From: Candidatus Methylomirabilia bacterium
GTDB lineage: Bacteria; Methylomirabilota; Methylomirabilia; Rokubacteriales; CSP1-6
Assembly (NCBI GenBank): GCA_041497895.1
Contig: JBGQHJ010000001.1
Coordinates: 73,947 to 137,946, forward strand
Length of the DNA stretch: 64,000 bases
Direction: 5' to 3'
Part shown: positions 35,592 through 46,353 of the stretch, in pieces
Layout: each line of letters opens with the position of its first letter
How positions within the stretch are numbered: position 1 is the first letter of the stretch
Made by a program: the position numbers and the translations under genes
The notes under the pieces: model-generated
What the model saw: the letters and a program-made list of their open reading frames with translations, nothing else
Databases searched by the model: none
Told to the model about the DNA's origin: nothing

Positions 35592-36625
35592 ACGTCGCTG
35601 ACGCCGTCGGGCAGGCGCTCCTCGCGCCACGACCGTCCGGCATCCTCGGTCCCGAACACCTGGCCCGTTCGGCTGACGCAGTAGACGCGGTCCGCGTCCC
35701 GCGGGTGCAGCGCGACCGCCATCATGGTGGATTCCGCTTTCACGCCGTGGTCGAAGCGGCTCCAGGTCTCCCCGAGATCGGCGCTGCGATAGAGCGAGCC
35801 GTCCTCGCTGCGGGCCGCCGGGCTCAGGCACGCGTAAAGGACGCGCGGGTTCTGGGGCGACACCCGGACGTCCCGGCTGTAGGTCAACGGGGAGAAGCGC
35901 CCGACCTCCATGTCCTGCCAGTGTGCCGCGCGGTCGGTGCTGCGGAAGAGGCCCATGCGCAGCGCGAGGAAGACGGTCCCGCTGGCCGCGCCGCTCACGC
36001 AGAGCGCGTGGCCGTCCAGCATGCCCTCCATCTCGCTGTCACTCACGATGCGGCTCTTGAGATGTGGCAGCTCCGAGAGCTTGACGAGGTCGGCGCTCCC
36101 GTCTTCCCACGTCTCGCCGCCGTCCAGGCTGCGCATCGCGCCGCCCACCTCGAGCGCCGCGTAGATGTGATCGGGCTGCGCCGGGTCGATGGCCATGCGC
36201 ATCACGCGGCAGGCGAAGGGCATCTTGACCCGCTCGGCCTGCACCGCCTTCGGCAGCCGGCGCCACGTGGTGCCCTCGTCGTCGCTGCGGAAGATGCCCA
36301 CCGGCGAGGTCCCGGCCAGGAGCGTCCGGGGGCGCGTGGGATGCACGAGGATGGACCAGACCTGCCCGCCGTCCTCCGGGAAGGGCAGGCGCTCCCATCG
36401 CTCGCCCCGATCGACGCTGCGGTAGGGGCCGTGCTGGGTGCCCACGTACACCACGTCGGGATTGCTCGGGTGCACCGTGATCGCCTGGACGTGGGTCGTC
36501 TCGGGGAGCCCCTTGGTCATGAGCTCCCAGCCGCCCGCGCCCTCCGCCCGGCGGAAGACGCCGCTCTTCGTCCCGGAAGTCCATCGTGCCGCGCCGACGT
36601 AGATGTGAGAGGGCCCCGTCGCCAT
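35570..36625 (-). CDS. BNR/Asp-box repeat (WD40/YVTN-like) beta-propeller protein
   Basis: Multiple RS.D.G.TW Asp-boxes. Confidence 0.87.
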   Translation of the reverse strand: MATGPSHIYVGAARWTSGTKSGVFRRAEGAGGWELMTKGLPETTHVQAITVHPSNPDVVYVGTQHGPYRSVDRGERWERLPFPEDGGQVWSILVHPTRPRTLLAGTSPVGIFRSDDEGTTWRRLPKAVQAERVKMPFACRVMRMAIDPAQPDHIYAALEVGGAMRSLDGGETWEDGSADLVKLSELPHLKSRIVSDSEMEGMLDGHALCVSGAASGTVFLALRMGLFRSTDRAAHWQDMEVGRFSPLTYSRDVRVSPQNPRVLYACLSPAARSEDGSLYRSADLGETWSRFDHGVKAESTMMAVALHPRDADRVYCVSRTGQVFGTEDAGRSWREERLPDGVSDVYAIACG

Positions 36626-36774
36626 GTGCGCTCCCCTTTCCGGTGACCGTCGGGTTTGGTGGCGGTCGTGCGGCACAGCATAGCAAGGGCCGTTTCGAGC
36701 GCAAGCCCCCGCCCCAAGGTGTAGGCGCACGAATTCCTTGACCCCCGTGGCGGTGACGGCCTAGCGTGCGAGAG

Positions 36775-39615
36775 ATGGGCCCTGATCGCGCCGCGACCGG
36801 AGGCACCTCGAGCCAGTCGACCGCATTCCTCCCCCTGTCCCAGGTGCTCGAGGAGGAGTTCGTCGCGCTCCACGGTCCGCTGCCGGGCGGCCCGCTCGGC
36901 GCCGGCGGCGACCCGCTCCCGGCGCTCTACGAGGCGATCCACGCGCTACCCGAGAAGCGGGCCGCGCTCTGCCTGTCGGGCGGCGGCATCCGCAGCGCCA
37001 CCTTCGCCCTGGGCGTGCTGCAGGGCCTGGCCCGCGCCGGGTTGCTCACCCAGTTCCACTATCTGTCCACCGTCTCGGGAGGGGGCTACATCGGAGCCTG
37101 GCTGACCGCCTGGATCCACCGGACCGGCAACGACGTGTCGAAGGTTGCGGGCGAGCTGGCCTCGCTCAAGCCGCGGGCCAAGCTCGATCCCGAGCCCGGG
37201 CCGATCTCGCACCTGCGCGAGTTCAGCAACTACCTGAGCCCGCGGGCCGGACTGATGACGACCGACGCGTGGACGCTGCTCGGCACCATCCTGCGCAACA
37301 TGATCCTGATCTGGCTGGTGCTGGTCCCGTTGCTCGCCGCGGTTCTCATGCTGCCGCGCCTCTACCTCTCGCTGCTCCTCTGGGTGAACACCTCGGGCGC
37401 GTCCTTCAGTCCCGGCGCCCTGCTCGTGGGCGGGGGCGTGCTGCTCGCCTGGGCGGTGGCCTACATCGCCGCGACCATCCCCAGCAGCACCACCGCGCGC
37501 CGAGGGCAGGGCAAGTTCCTCGTCTTCTGCCTGCTCCCGCTGCTCCTCGGCCTGGGCTCCCTGACCATCTACTGGGCCGCGGTTTCGGGCCGCTCCGACG
37601 CCGCGACCCCGGTGCCATTGCCCGGGCTCACCGAGTTCGTCCGGTTCGGCGTCCTCGTGCATCTCCTGGCCTGGGCCGGGTACACCCTCTGGCTCCGGAG
37701 TCCGTGGGGCCATCGGCAGCCGCCGCACGACTCGCTCGGCGGGCGGCTGATCAACTTCGTGGCGGACCTGGTCGTGGTGGTCGTGGCCGGCGCGGTGGGG
37801 GGCGCGATCGCGTGGCTGCTGGCCGCCAAGCTGTTCAGCCGGGTGGACTACACCCTGATCCTCTACGCCGCGCTGGCCCCCGGGTTCGTGGTGGGCGCGT
37901 TCCTCCTCGCCGCGACCGCGCTGGTCGGCCTGCTGAGCCGCTGGACCGAGGACGACGATCGCGAGTGGTGGTCGCGCTGCGGCGCATGGTTCCTGATCGC
38001 GGGCTCGGCGTGGACCGTGTTCGGCGCGCTCGTCCTGTTCGGGCCGGTGCTGCTCTCCCACGTCTGGATCAGCCGGGCTCTCACCGCGGTCGGCGGGGTG
38101 TCGGGACTGATGGCGGTGGTGGGGGGATGGTTCACCAAGCTGACCTCACGCGACCGGACGTCCACCCAGACGAGCGGGAGCGACCGGCTCATGGCCCTGG
38201 TGGTGCCGCTGGCCGGGGTGGTGTTCACGGCGGTGCTGGCGATCGGGCTGTCCACGCTGATCTCGGGGCTGCTGGGCTGGCTCGTCACCCGGAGCGGCGG
38301 CACCGTCGGCGGGCTCGCGCAGTGGGGAAACTGGCCCCACGGCCCCTTCGACCACGTGGGCGTCCTGGTGTCGTCGCCGATTTGGATCGTGGCCGGCGTG
38401 GCGGTGGCCCTGACCGCTCTCGGGCTCGTGATGGCCTGGTTCATCAACACCAACCGGTTCTCGCTCCACGCGATGTATCGCAACCGGCTGATCCGGGCCT
38501 ACCTGGGGGCGTCGAACACCGACCGGCACGCGAACCCGTTCACCGGCTTCGACGACAACGACAACATCCAGCTGCACGAGCTGTGGCCGCGCTCGTCGGC
38601 CGCGCCGCCCGGCGCGCCGACCCCGCGCCGGAAGCTGCTGCACGTGGTCAACATGGCGCTGAACCTCGTGCACGGCGAGCGTCTCGCCTGGCAGGAGCGG
38701 AAGGCGCACACCTTCACCGCGTCGCCGCTGCACGCGGGGAGCCTCATGGTGGGGTACCGGCGCACCCGCGCGGGCGCGGGCGGGCCGCGGGCCCACTACG
38801 GCGGCACCGAGGGCATGTCGCTCGGCACCGCGGTCACGATCTCGGGCGCGGCGGCGAGCCCCAACATGGGCTACCACTCCTCCCCGCTGATCACGTTCCT
38901 GCTGACCCTGTTCAACGTGCGGCTCGGCTGGTGGCTCGGGAACCCGGGGGTCCAGGGCGATCACACCTTCTATCTCGCGAGCCCGCGCGTCGCGGTGCGC
39001 CCGATCGTGGCGGAGGCCTTCGGCCTCACCAACAGCACCGGGCCGTACGTCTACCTGTCGGACGGCGGGCACTTCGAGAACCTCGGGCTCTACGAGATGG
39101 TGCTGCGGCGCTGCCACTTCATCGTGGTGAGCGACGCGAGCTGCGACGAGGGCGGCGTTTTCCAGGACCTGGGCGGCGCGGTGCGGAAGATCCGGGCCGA
39201 CATGGGGGTGCCCATCGACTTCGAGGGTGGCATCGGCATCCTGCCGCGCTCGGCGGACCCGGCCAGGCGGGCGGGAAGCCTCTACTGGGCGCTCGGCCGG
39301 ATCCGCTACTCCATCGCCGATCCGCCTGCGATGCCGGCGGGCGACGCGGGTGCGCGGGACGGCTGGCTGCTCTACATCAAGCCCGCCTTCTGCGGGACGG
39401 AGCCGCCCGACGTCTGCGAGTACGCGATGGCCCACGATCGTTTCCCGCACGAGCCGACCACCGACCAGTTCTTCAGCGAGTCGCAGTTCGAGAGCTACCG
39501 GATGCTCGGCTCCCACGTGATGCAGCAGATGAGCCGCGACTGGAAGGGCGGCTCGCTGGCCGACTTCATCGCGCACGTCTCGGCGCGGCTGCCCGGGGCC
39601 GGCAAGCCGGCCTGA
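36775..39615 (+). CDS. Patatin/cPLA2-like phospholipase with many transmembrane segments
   Basis: SGGGIRS oxyanion motif, STVSGGG nucleophile motif, DGGHFEN; long hydrophobic central region; start 36766 or 36775. Confidence 0.85.
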   Translation: MGPDRAATGGTSSQSTAFLPLSQVLEEEFVALHGPLPGGPLGAGGDPLPALYEAIHALPEKRAALCLSGGGIRSATFALGVLQGLARAGLLTQFHYLSTVSGGGYIGAWLTAWIHRTGNDVSKVAGELASLKPRAKLDPEPGPISHLREFSNYLSPRAGLMTTDAWTLLGTILRNMILIWLVLVPLLAAVLMLPRLYLSLLLWVNTSGASFSPGALLVGGGVLLAWAVAYIAATIPSSTTARRGQGKFLVFCLLPLLLGLGSLTIYWAAVSGRSDAATPVPLPGLTEFVRFGVLVHLLAWAGYTLWLRSPWGHRQPPHDSLGGRLINFVADLVVVVVAGAVGGAIAWLLAAKLFSRVDYTLILYAALAPGFVVGAFLLAATALVGLLSRWTEDDDREWWSRCGAWFLIAGSAWTVFGALVLFGPVLLSHVWISRALTAVGGVSGLMAVVGGWFTKLTSRDRTSTQTSGSDRLMALVVPLAGVVFTAVLAIGLSTLISGLLGWLVTRSGGTVGGLAQWGNWPHGPFDHVGVLVSSPIWIVAGVAVALTALGLVMAWFINTNRFSLHAMYRNRLIRAYLGASNTDRHANPFTGFDDNDNIQLHELWPRSSAAPPGAPTPRRKLLHVVNMALNLVHGERLAWQERKAHTFTASPLHAGSLMVGYRRTRAGAGGPRAHYGGTEGMSLGTAVTISGAAASPNMGYHSSPLITFLLTLFNVRLGWWLGNPGVQGDHTFYLASPRVAVRPIVAEAFGLTNSTGPYVYLSDGGHFENLGLYEMVLRRCHFIVVSDASCDEGGVFQDLGGAVRKIRADMGVPIDFEGGIGILPRSADPARRAGSLYWALGRIRYSIADPPAMPAGDAGARDGWLLYIKPAFCGTEPPDVCEYAMAHDRFPHEPTTDQFFSESQFESYRMLGSHVMQQMSRDWKGGSLADFIAHVSARLPGAGKPA

Positions 39616-39625
39616 GCTCCACCGC

Positions 39626-40093
39626 TCAGGCGCACCACTCGCGCGGGCCGTCGTCGGCGAAGCCGCACTGCTCGCACGGATGGTAGACGTGCCAGGCGGG
39701 CGGCATCGCCACCGCCAGGCGCAGGGAGAGATCGTCGCCCACGTTCCGGATGTGATGCACGGTGCCGCGCGGCACCCACACGATGTCGTCCTTGGCCGCG
39801 TTCACCACGACCCCGCCGGTCAGCTCCCACTGGAGACGCCCGCCGAGTACCACCCACCACTCGTCGAACTCGCGGTGCCAGTGCGGCCGGTTCCCGCCGC
39901 CGGGCGACGAGGCGATGAGGGTCACGAGGTTGCGCTCGTCCGAGATGATGCGCCGGGCCCAGGGGGCCGGGCCCATCTGGGCGACGACCTCGGCCACCCG
40001 GGTGAGGAGCGGGCTCGCGCCGGACGCGGGCGCGGTCGGCCCGGCGGCCAGGCGGTTGATCATGATGGTGACGGGTGACTCGGCGGTGGACAT
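39626..40093 (-). CDS. Cupin domain protein
   Basis: PHWHREFDEWW...VPRGTVHHI. Confidence 0.8.
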   Translation of the reverse strand: MSTAESPVTIMINRLAAGPTAPASGASPLLTRVAEVVAQMGPAPWARRIISDERNLVTLIASSPGGGNRPHWHREFDEWWVVLGGRLQWELTGGVVVNAAKDDIVWVPRGTVHHIRNVGDDLSLRLAVAMPPAWHVYHPCEQCGFADDGPREWCA

Positions 40094-40201
40094 TGAGGAG
40101 GCCTCCCGGCAGAGAGAATTACCCGCGAAGGCGTCCGGCGCAAGCGGTTGCGGGCCCCCCGATCGCTCGCATAGAATCGGGGCCCTGAGAGGAGAGCGGC
40201 C

Positions 40202-41140
40202 ATGTCACCGACGACCAGAGCGCTCCACCCCCGGTTCGGCGCTGAGCTGGTGGGCGTCGACGTCAAGCGCGTGGACGACGCGGCCTTCGCGGAGATCGCC
40301 GCCGCGTTCGACGAGCACTCGGTGCTCCTCTTCCGCGGGCAGTCTCTCACCGACGAGGAGCAGATCGCGTTCAGCCGGCGTTTCGGTCCGCTCGAGACCA
40401 CCATCCGCAGCATCTCGAGCCGCGAGGGCACGCCGGTCCACATCGCCAACCTCTCCAACGTGGACGCCGACGGCCGGCTGATCCCGAGCGGGGACAAGCG
40501 CAACGTCTACAACGCGGGCAACCAGATGTGGCACAGCGACAGCTCGTTCAAGAAGGCGCCCGCGCTCGCGTCGCTGCTCTCCGCTCGCGAGATCCCACCC
40601 GAGGGCGGGGAGACCCAGTTCGCCAGCATGCGGGTGGCCCACGAGCGCCTGCCCGCCGACGTGCAGCGCTTTCTCGAGGACAAGGTCGCGGTGCACAGCT
40701 TCGTCTACTCGCGCGGGCTGGTGGACGACGGCCTGATGCCGGCCGACCACGCGGCCCAGGTGCCGCCGGTGCGCCAGGCACTGGTGCGGGTCAACCCGGT
40801 GAACGGCCGCCGGGCGTTCTACGTGGGCTCGCACGCCTGCGAGATCGTGGGCATGCCGACCGCGGAGGCCCGCGCGCTCCTGCGCGAGCTGCGCGAGGCG
40901 GCCACCCGTCCCGAACTGGTCTACACCCACCGCTGGCAGGTCGGCGACCTCGTGATGTGGGACAACCGCTGCATGCTCCACCGCGGGCGCCCGTGGGACG
41001 AGTCCCGCTATCGCCGCGTCATGCACCGGACCACGGTGGCGGGCGACGGGCCCACCGCGCCCGACGAGGCGCCGGCCACGATCAACCCCGCGCGGGCGGA
41101 AGACGTGGCCTGGGGTCGCGCGCAGCTCGAGCTGGTCTAG
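40202..41140 (+). CDS. TauD/TfdA family alpha-ketoglutarate dioxygenase
   Basis: [29 protein letters not shown]. Confidence 0.92.
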   Translation: MSPTTRALHPRFGAELVGVDVKRVDDAAFAEIAAAFDEHSVLLFRGQSLTDEEQIAFSRRFGPLETTIRSISSREGTPVHIANLSNVDADGRLIPSGDKRNVYNAGNQMWHSDSSFKKAPALASLLSAREIPPEGGETQFASMRVAHERLPADVQRFLEDKVAVHSFVYSRGLVDDGLMPADHAAQVPPVRQALVRVNPVNGRRAFYVGSHACEIVGMPTAEARALLRELREAATRPELVYTHRWQVGDLVMWDNRCMLHRGRPWDESRYRRVMHRTTVAGDGPTAPDEAPATINPARAEDVAWGRAQLELV

Positions 41141-41195
41141 CCCGCCGCCGCGCCGGTCCCCGGTGCCCACGGCGGCGGAGCGGAGGGACGTGTCG

Positions 41196-41828
41196 ATGGC
41201 GGGCCAGGTGGTCGAGATCCGCCACCCCCTCGTGCAGCACAAGCTCGGTCTCATGCGGAAGAAGGACACCAGCACCTCCGAGTTCCGCAGCCTCCTCGCC
41301 GAGATCAGCATGCTGCTCGCCTACGAGGTCACCCGCGATCTGCCCACCCACGAGGTGGCGGCGGAGACGCCGGTGGCTCCCACCACGATCCGGCTCCTCG
41401 ACGGCAAGAAGATCGTGCTGGTGTCGATCCTGCGGGCGGGCAACGGTCTCCTCGACGGCATGCTCCGCATCCTGCCGAGCGCGCGGGTGGGCCACGTGGG
41501 GCTCTACCGCGACCCGGCCACGCTGCAGGCGGTCGAGTACTATTTCAAGCTGCCGCACGAGATGGCGGAGCGCGACGTGGTGCTGCTCGACCCGATGCTC
41601 GCGACCGGGAACTCCGCGGTGGCGGCGGTGAGCCGGGTCCGCGCCACCCGGCCGCGCTCCATCCGCTTCGTCTGCCTGCTCACCTGCCCGGAGGGTCTCG
41701 CCGCGTTCCACCGCGCGCACCCGGATGTGCCGGTCTACACCGCGGCCATCGACAGCCACCTCAACGAGCACGGCTACATCGTCCCCGGCCTCGGCGACGC
41801 GGGCGACCGGCTCTTCGGCACGCGATGA
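41196..41828 (+). CDS. upp: Uracil phosphoribosyltransferase
   Basis: [38 protein letters not shown]. Confidence 0.96.
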   Translation: MAGQVVEIRHPLVQHKLGLMRKKDTSTSEFRSLLAEISMLLAYEVTRDLPTHEVAAETPVAPTTIRLLDGKKIVLVSILRAGNGLLDGMLRILPSARVGHVGLYRDPATLQAVEYYFKLPHEMAERDVVLLDPMLATGNSAVAAVSRVRATRPRSIRFVCLLTCPEGLAAFHRAHPDVPVYTAAIDSHLNEHGYIVPGLGDAGDRLFGTR

Positions 41829-42577
41829 GGCTCGCAAACAAGGTCGCGCTGATCAGCGGCGGCGCCCGCGGCATGGGCGCGGCGGAGGCGCGCCTCTTTG
41901 CGCGGGAGGGCGCGCGGGTGGTGATCGGCGACATTCTCGATGCCGAGGGCAAGCAGGTGGAGGCCGCGATCACCGGCGCGGGCGGGCAGGCGGTCTACGT
42001 GCACCTCGACGTGACGAGCGAGGCGGACTGGGAGCGCGCGGTGGCGACCGCGGTCTCCCGCTTCGGGCGGCTCGACGTCCTGGTGAACAACGCGGGCGTG
42101 GGCGGCGGCAGCCGGCTCGAAGACACCACCGCGGAGGCGTGGGATCACGGCATGGACGTCAACGCCAAGGGCGTGTTCCTCGGGACCAAGGCCGCGATCC
42201 CCGCGATGCGGCGCGCGGGCGGGGGCTCCATCGTGAACATCTCCTCCCAGCTCGGCCTGGTGGGCATGGAGCGCAGCAGCCCGCAGTACCAGGCCTCGAA
42301 GGGCGCGGTGCGCACCCTCACCAAGCTCACCGCGGTGCAGTACGCGCGCGAGCGCATCCGGGCCAACTCGGTCCACCCGGGCCCGGTGGTGACGCCGATG
42401 ACCGAGGCGCGGCGGGGCGATCCCGGCCACTACGAGTACATGGTGTCGCGCATCCCGCTCGGCCGGTACGGCGAGCCCGACGAGGTCGCCTACGGCGTCC
42501 TCTACCTCGCCTCCGACGAGGCCGCGTTCGTGACCGGCAGCGAGCTGGTCATCGACGGAGGCTGGACCGCCCAGTAG
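41825..42577 (+). CDS. SDR family oxidoreductase
   Basis: [21 protein letters not shown]. Confidence 0.92.
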   Translation: MRLANKVALISGGARGMGAAEARLFAREGARVVIGDILDAEGKQVEAAITGAGGQAVYVHLDVTSEADWERAVATAVSRFGRLDVLVNNAGVGGGSRLEDTTAEAWDHGMDVNAKGVFLGTKAAIPAMRRAGGGSIVNISSQLGLVGMERSSPQYQASKGAVRTLTKLTAVQYARERIRANSVHPGPVVTPMTEARRGDPGHYEYMVSRIPLGRYGEPDEVAYGVLYLASDEAAFVTGSELVIDGGWTAQ

Positions 42578-42617
42578 CCCGAACGGCCCCAATAGCACCA
42601 ACCGAGAGGAGTCGCGC

Positions 42618-43235
42618 ATGATCTACGAGATCCGGACGTACCGCGTCAAGGTCGGCAGCGTGCCCGAGGTCGAGAAGCGCTTCGGAGAGGCCTACGAGCA
42701 CCGCAAGAAGGTCTCGCCGCTCGCCGCCTTCTGGCACACCGAGATCGGCCCGCTGAACGAGATCATCCACGTGTGGCCGTACGAGAGCCTCAGCGAGCGC
42801 AACCGCCTCCGGGCGGAGGCGGTCAAGGCGGGCAACTGGCCGCCCAAGATCGCGGAGTTCATCGAGACCATGCAGTCGGAGATCGTGGTGCCGTTCGCGT
42901 TCCTGCCCGACCTCAAGCCCGGCAAGATGGGCCCCTACTTCGAGATGCGCTACTACGCGCTGAAGGCGGGCACGCTGCCGGACCTGATCAAGCGCTGGGA
43001 GTCGAAGATCGAGGAGCGGGTCAAGATGTCGCCGATCGCGCTGGCCGGCCACGTCGAGCACGGCGAGGCCAACCGCTTCATCCACATCTGGGCCTACAAG
43101 AGCCTCGACGAGCGGACCGCGGTTCGTAACAAGGCGCGCGAGATGGGCGTGTGGCCGCCTCCGGGTGGGAGCGACACCCTGCTCACCATGGCCAACAAGA
43201 TCATGCTGCCCTCGGCGTTCTCCCCGGTGCAGTAA
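42618..43235 (+). CDS. NIPSNAP family protein (two domains)
   Basis: YEIRTY...EIGPLN..IHVWPY.SL.ER repeated twice. Confidence 0.88.
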   Translation: MIYEIRTYRVKVGSVPEVEKRFGEAYEHRKKVSPLAAFWHTEIGPLNEIIHVWPYESLSERNRLRAEAVKAGNWPPKIAEFIETMQSEIVVPFAFLPDLKPGKMGPYFEMRYYALKAGTLPDLIKRWESKIEERVKMSPIALAGHVEHGEANRFIHIWAYKSLDERTAVRNKAREMGVWPPPGGSDTLLTMANKIMLPSAFSPVQ

Positions 43236-43237
43236 AT

Positions 43238-44005
43238 CTAGGAGGGCAAACCGCCGAGGAAGTCGAGCAGCACGCGGTTGAAGGCCTCCGGCTGGTCGAG
43301 GTTCGAGGAGTGTCCGGCGCCCCGGATGACCTCGAGCCTCGCCCCGGGGATCTTCTTGGCCATGTACTCGCAGGGAGCCAGGAAGGGCTGGTCTCGATCG
43401 CCGACGATGATGAGGGTCGGCACCGTGATCCCGGCGAGCCCGTCGATCACCCGCGAGCCCTCCTGGGCCAGCATCCCGCGCGCGGCGTGGGCCAGGCCCT
43501 GCGCCGAGCGGTGCAGGCTCGCCGACTCGCGCACCTCTCGGCTCGTGCCCAGCGCCTCGAGCCCGCGCGTCTCGAACGAGCTGGCCCGCTCCTGAGCCCG
43601 CTGGTTCCACGCCGCCCGCGCGTCCGCGCTGCGGTAGCCGGGGCCGGAGTCGCAGATGACCAGCGCGCGGACCATCTCGGGATGCGCCAGGTAGAACGCG
43701 AGCGAGACGTAGCCGCCCAGGGAGAGACCGCCGATCACCGCGCGCTCGACCCCCACGTGGCCGAGCAGCGTGCGCATGTCGGCCACCGTCAGGTCCGCGG
43801 AGTACTGGGCCGGGTCGGCCGGGCTCTCGGTCTCGCCGTGGCCACGCATGCTCCAGGAGATGACCCGGTGTGTTTCGCCGAGCGCGGTGTGCTGGGCGTC
43901 CCACATCCGGCGGGTGGCCGAGTAGCCGTGGCTCAGCAGCACGGCGGGGCCGGCGCCGCTCGCCTGGTAGTCGATCTCGATGCCATTCAGTCTGGCTCGC
44001 GTCAT
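43238..44005 (-). CDS. Alpha/beta hydrolase
   Basis: HG, GLSLGG nucleophile elbow, GDRD, AGH. Confidence 0.88.
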   Translation of the reverse strand: MTRARLNGIEIDYQASGAGPAVLLSHGYSATRRMWDAQHTALGETHRVISWSMRGHGETESPADPAQYSADLTVADMRTLLGHVGVERAVIGGLSLGGYVSLAFYLAHPEMVRALVICDSGPGYRSADARAAWNQRAQERASSFETRGLEALGTSREVRESASLHRSAQGLAHAARGMLAQEGSRVIDGLAGITVPTLIIVGDRDQPFLAPCEYMAKKIPGARLEVIRGAGHSSNLDQPEAFNRVLLDFLGGLPS

Positions 44006-44032
44006 CGCGCCCGAGTATGACAGAATCGCGCC

Positions 44033-45523
44033 ATGCGCACCATTGGATGGCGATGGGGATGGCGGTGGGTGATGGGGATGCTGCTGCTGGCGGTGCCGGC
44101 GGGGGCGGGGGCCCAGGATCTGACCGAGCTGTCGGCCACCGAGACAGCGGCGCGCATCCGGGCCGGCACGCTCAAGAGCGAGGACCTGGTGCGGGCCCTC
44201 GTCGACGTGATCGAGCGGAAGCGCGACCTCAACGCCTTCATCACCTTCGATCGCGAGCGGGCGATCGCCTCCGCGCACAAGGCGGACGCTCTCGCCGCCC
44301 GCAAGACGTTCGCGGGGCCGCTGCACGGTGTGCCGATCGTGGTGAAGGACAACATCCACGTGGCCGGGCTGCCCAACTCGGCGGGCACTCCCGCGCTCCG
44401 CGACTTCGTCCCGACCCGCAACGCGGTGGTGGCCGAGAAGCTGATCCGCGCGGGCGCCATCGTGCTCGGCAAGACCAACATGCACGAGCTGGCCTTCGGC
44501 ATCACGAGCAACAACGCGGCCTTCGGACCGGCGCGCAACGCCTACGATCCGAGCCGCATCGCGGGCGGTTCCTCCGGAGGCACCGCCACCGCGATCGCGG
44601 CGCGCATGGCCGCGGCGGGCCTGGGCACCGACACCGGCGGCTCGGTCCGCATCCCGGCCGCGCTCAACGGCATCGCGGGCCTCCGTCCGACGCTCGGCCG
44701 CTACTCGCAGGACGGCATCACGCCGATCGCCCACACCCGGGACACCGCGGGACCGATGGCCCGCGAGGTGGCCGACCTCGTGCTGCTCGACACCATCATC
44801 ACCGGCGCGCGCGATCGCGTCACCGCCACCCCGCTCAAGGGTTTGCGCCTGGGCGTCTGCCGGGCCCTCTTCTTCCGGAGCCTCGACCCCGCGACCGAGC
44901 AGCTCGCCGATGCCACGCTCGACCGCCTGCGGGCGGCGGGAGCGGAGCTCGTCGACGTCGACATGCCGGGGCTCGTCGACCTCAACGGCAAGATCAGCTT
45001 CCCGGTGGCGCTCTACGAGGCGCGTACCGATCTCATCCGCTACCTCAAGCGCTACCGCCCCGCGCTCGACCTGACCGCCCTCGCGGGGCAAATCGCGAGC
45101 CCGGACGTGAAGGGACTCTTCGCCAGCGCGATCGTGCCCGGAGCCAAGGACGCGATCCCCGAGAAGGTCTACCTGGCCGCGCTGGCCGCGCGGCCGCTGC
45201 TCCAGCAGCTTTACGCGGAGACCTTCCGGAAGCACAACATCGCGGCCCTGGTGTTTCCCACCACGCCGCTGCCCGCCGCGCCGGTCGGCGACGACGAGAA
45301 GACCTTGCTCAACGGGGCCGAGGTCCCGACCTTCCCCACCTTCATCCAGAACACCGATCCGGGCAGCAACGCGGGCATCCCCGGGCTCAGCGTGCCGATC
45401 GGGCGCACCGCGGCCGGCCTGCCCGTCGGCCTCGAGCTCGACGGCCCACCGGGCAGCGACCGGCGGCTCCTCGGCATCGGCCTCGCGATGGAGACACTCG
45501 TCGGTCGCCTGCCCGCTCCCTGA
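44033..45523 (+). CDS. Amidase signature family enzyme (indoleacetamide/mandelamide hydrolase-like), exported
   Basis: VKDN, GGSSGG, GTDTGGSVRIPA; signal peptide. Confidence 0.9.
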   Translation: MRTIGWRWGWRWVMGMLLLAVPAGAGAQDLTELSATETAARIRAGTLKSEDLVRALVDVIERKRDLNAFITFDRERAIASAHKADALAARKTFAGPLHGVPIVVKDNIHVAGLPNSAGTPALRDFVPTRNAVVAEKLIRAGAIVLGKTNMHELAFGITSNNAAFGPARNAYDPSRIAGGSSGGTATAIAARMAAAGLGTDTGGSVRIPAALNGIAGLRPTLGRYSQDGITPIAHTRDTAGPMAREVADLVLLDTIITGARDRVTATPLKGLRLGVCRALFFRSLDPATEQLADATLDRLRAAGAELVDVDMPGLVDLNGKISFPVALYEARTDLIRYLKRYRPALDLTALAGQIASPDVKGLFASAIVPGAKDAIPEKVYLAALAARPLLQQLYAETFRKHNIAALVFPTTPLPAAPVGDDEKTLLNGAEVPTFPTFIQNTDPGSNAGIPGLSVPIGRTAAGLPVGLELDGPPGSDRRLLGIGLAMETLVGRLPAP

Positions 45524-45571
45524 TCGCCACGCGGCACCGCTACGACCGGCGCGTGGAGCTGCCGACGACGC

Positions 45572-45985
45572 TCAGCGGGTGCCCGGCGCGCCCACCCACA
45601 CCCACGTGTAGGGATACTCCTTGCCGTTACCGTGCTGCTCCCAGCGACCGTTCGATAGCTGGATCTCGGGCGCCGGCTCGACCCGCGCCGGGGGCACGTA
45701 GGTCAGGGTCGGGGGCGCCGGTACCACGTACACGATCGGTGGGGGCGGGACCACCATCATGGGCGGTGGAGGCTCCGTGGGCAGATACGACCATCCCACG
45801 CAGCACGGGAAGCCGGGCACGGGCCGGTGCGGGAGCGGTGGGCGCGCGCGGTGCGACGGGGGACGATCGGGGCGCACGCCGTCGGGCCCCATACCGGAGC
45901 CGACGCGGACGTCCTGGGCGGAGGCGCCCGGCGGGGCGAGCATGCCGATCAGGATCACCGCCAGCAGGGCCACCAGGCGACGCAT
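45572..45985 (-). CDS. Hypothetical Pro-rich exported protein
   Basis: Signal peptide; Pro-rich; C-terminal GRW...G.G...PYTWVWV. Confidence 0.7.
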   Translation of the reverse strand: MRRLVALLAVILIGMLAPPGASAQDVRVGSGMGPDGVRPDRPPSHRARPPLPHRPVPGFPCCVGWSYLPTEPPPPMMVVPPPPIVYVVPAPPTLTYVPPARVEPAPEIQLSNGRWEQHGNGKEYPYTWVWVGAPGTR

Positions 45986-46074
45986 GCCCGCAGTCTACGC
46001 TCGGCCGCGTCTCGCCGCCACCGCTCGACGCGCTGCCGCTTGACAAGGAGGGGCGCGCGGCGGTCTGCTTGAGG

Positions 46075-46326
46075 GCGACGGAGGGTGAGGCGCCGCCCGC
46101 CGTCGTGCGGTGAACCAGACAGGGAGAGATCAGGATGGACAACACGCCACCCGGCTCGTACGGCGCGTCATCGGGCGTGGTTCCGGCCTGATGACGCGCG
46201 AAGCTCACTAGAACAACACGAGATCCCGGCTCATCGTCGGGACATGCCGCAGGATCGTGATCCTGCGCGCGAGAAACCGAGGCCCGGCAGGCGGTTCACC
46301 GGTTCCGCCTCCGGGCCGTTTTTCTC
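46075..46326 (+). ncRNA. Candidate structured leader RNA or sRNA with intrinsic terminator
   Basis: TTGACA at 46040; four hairpins; GC stem 46281-46317 followed by T5. Confidence 0.45.
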
Positions 46327-46353
46327 ACGGGCGTTCGTCGGAGGAGGCGCGGC

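Noticed and set aside
46135..46191. 18-aa uORF MDNTPPGSYGASSGVVPA as an attenuator leader peptide
   Set aside because: No run of regulatory codons and atypical codon usage; cannot be separated from chance within the structured RNA
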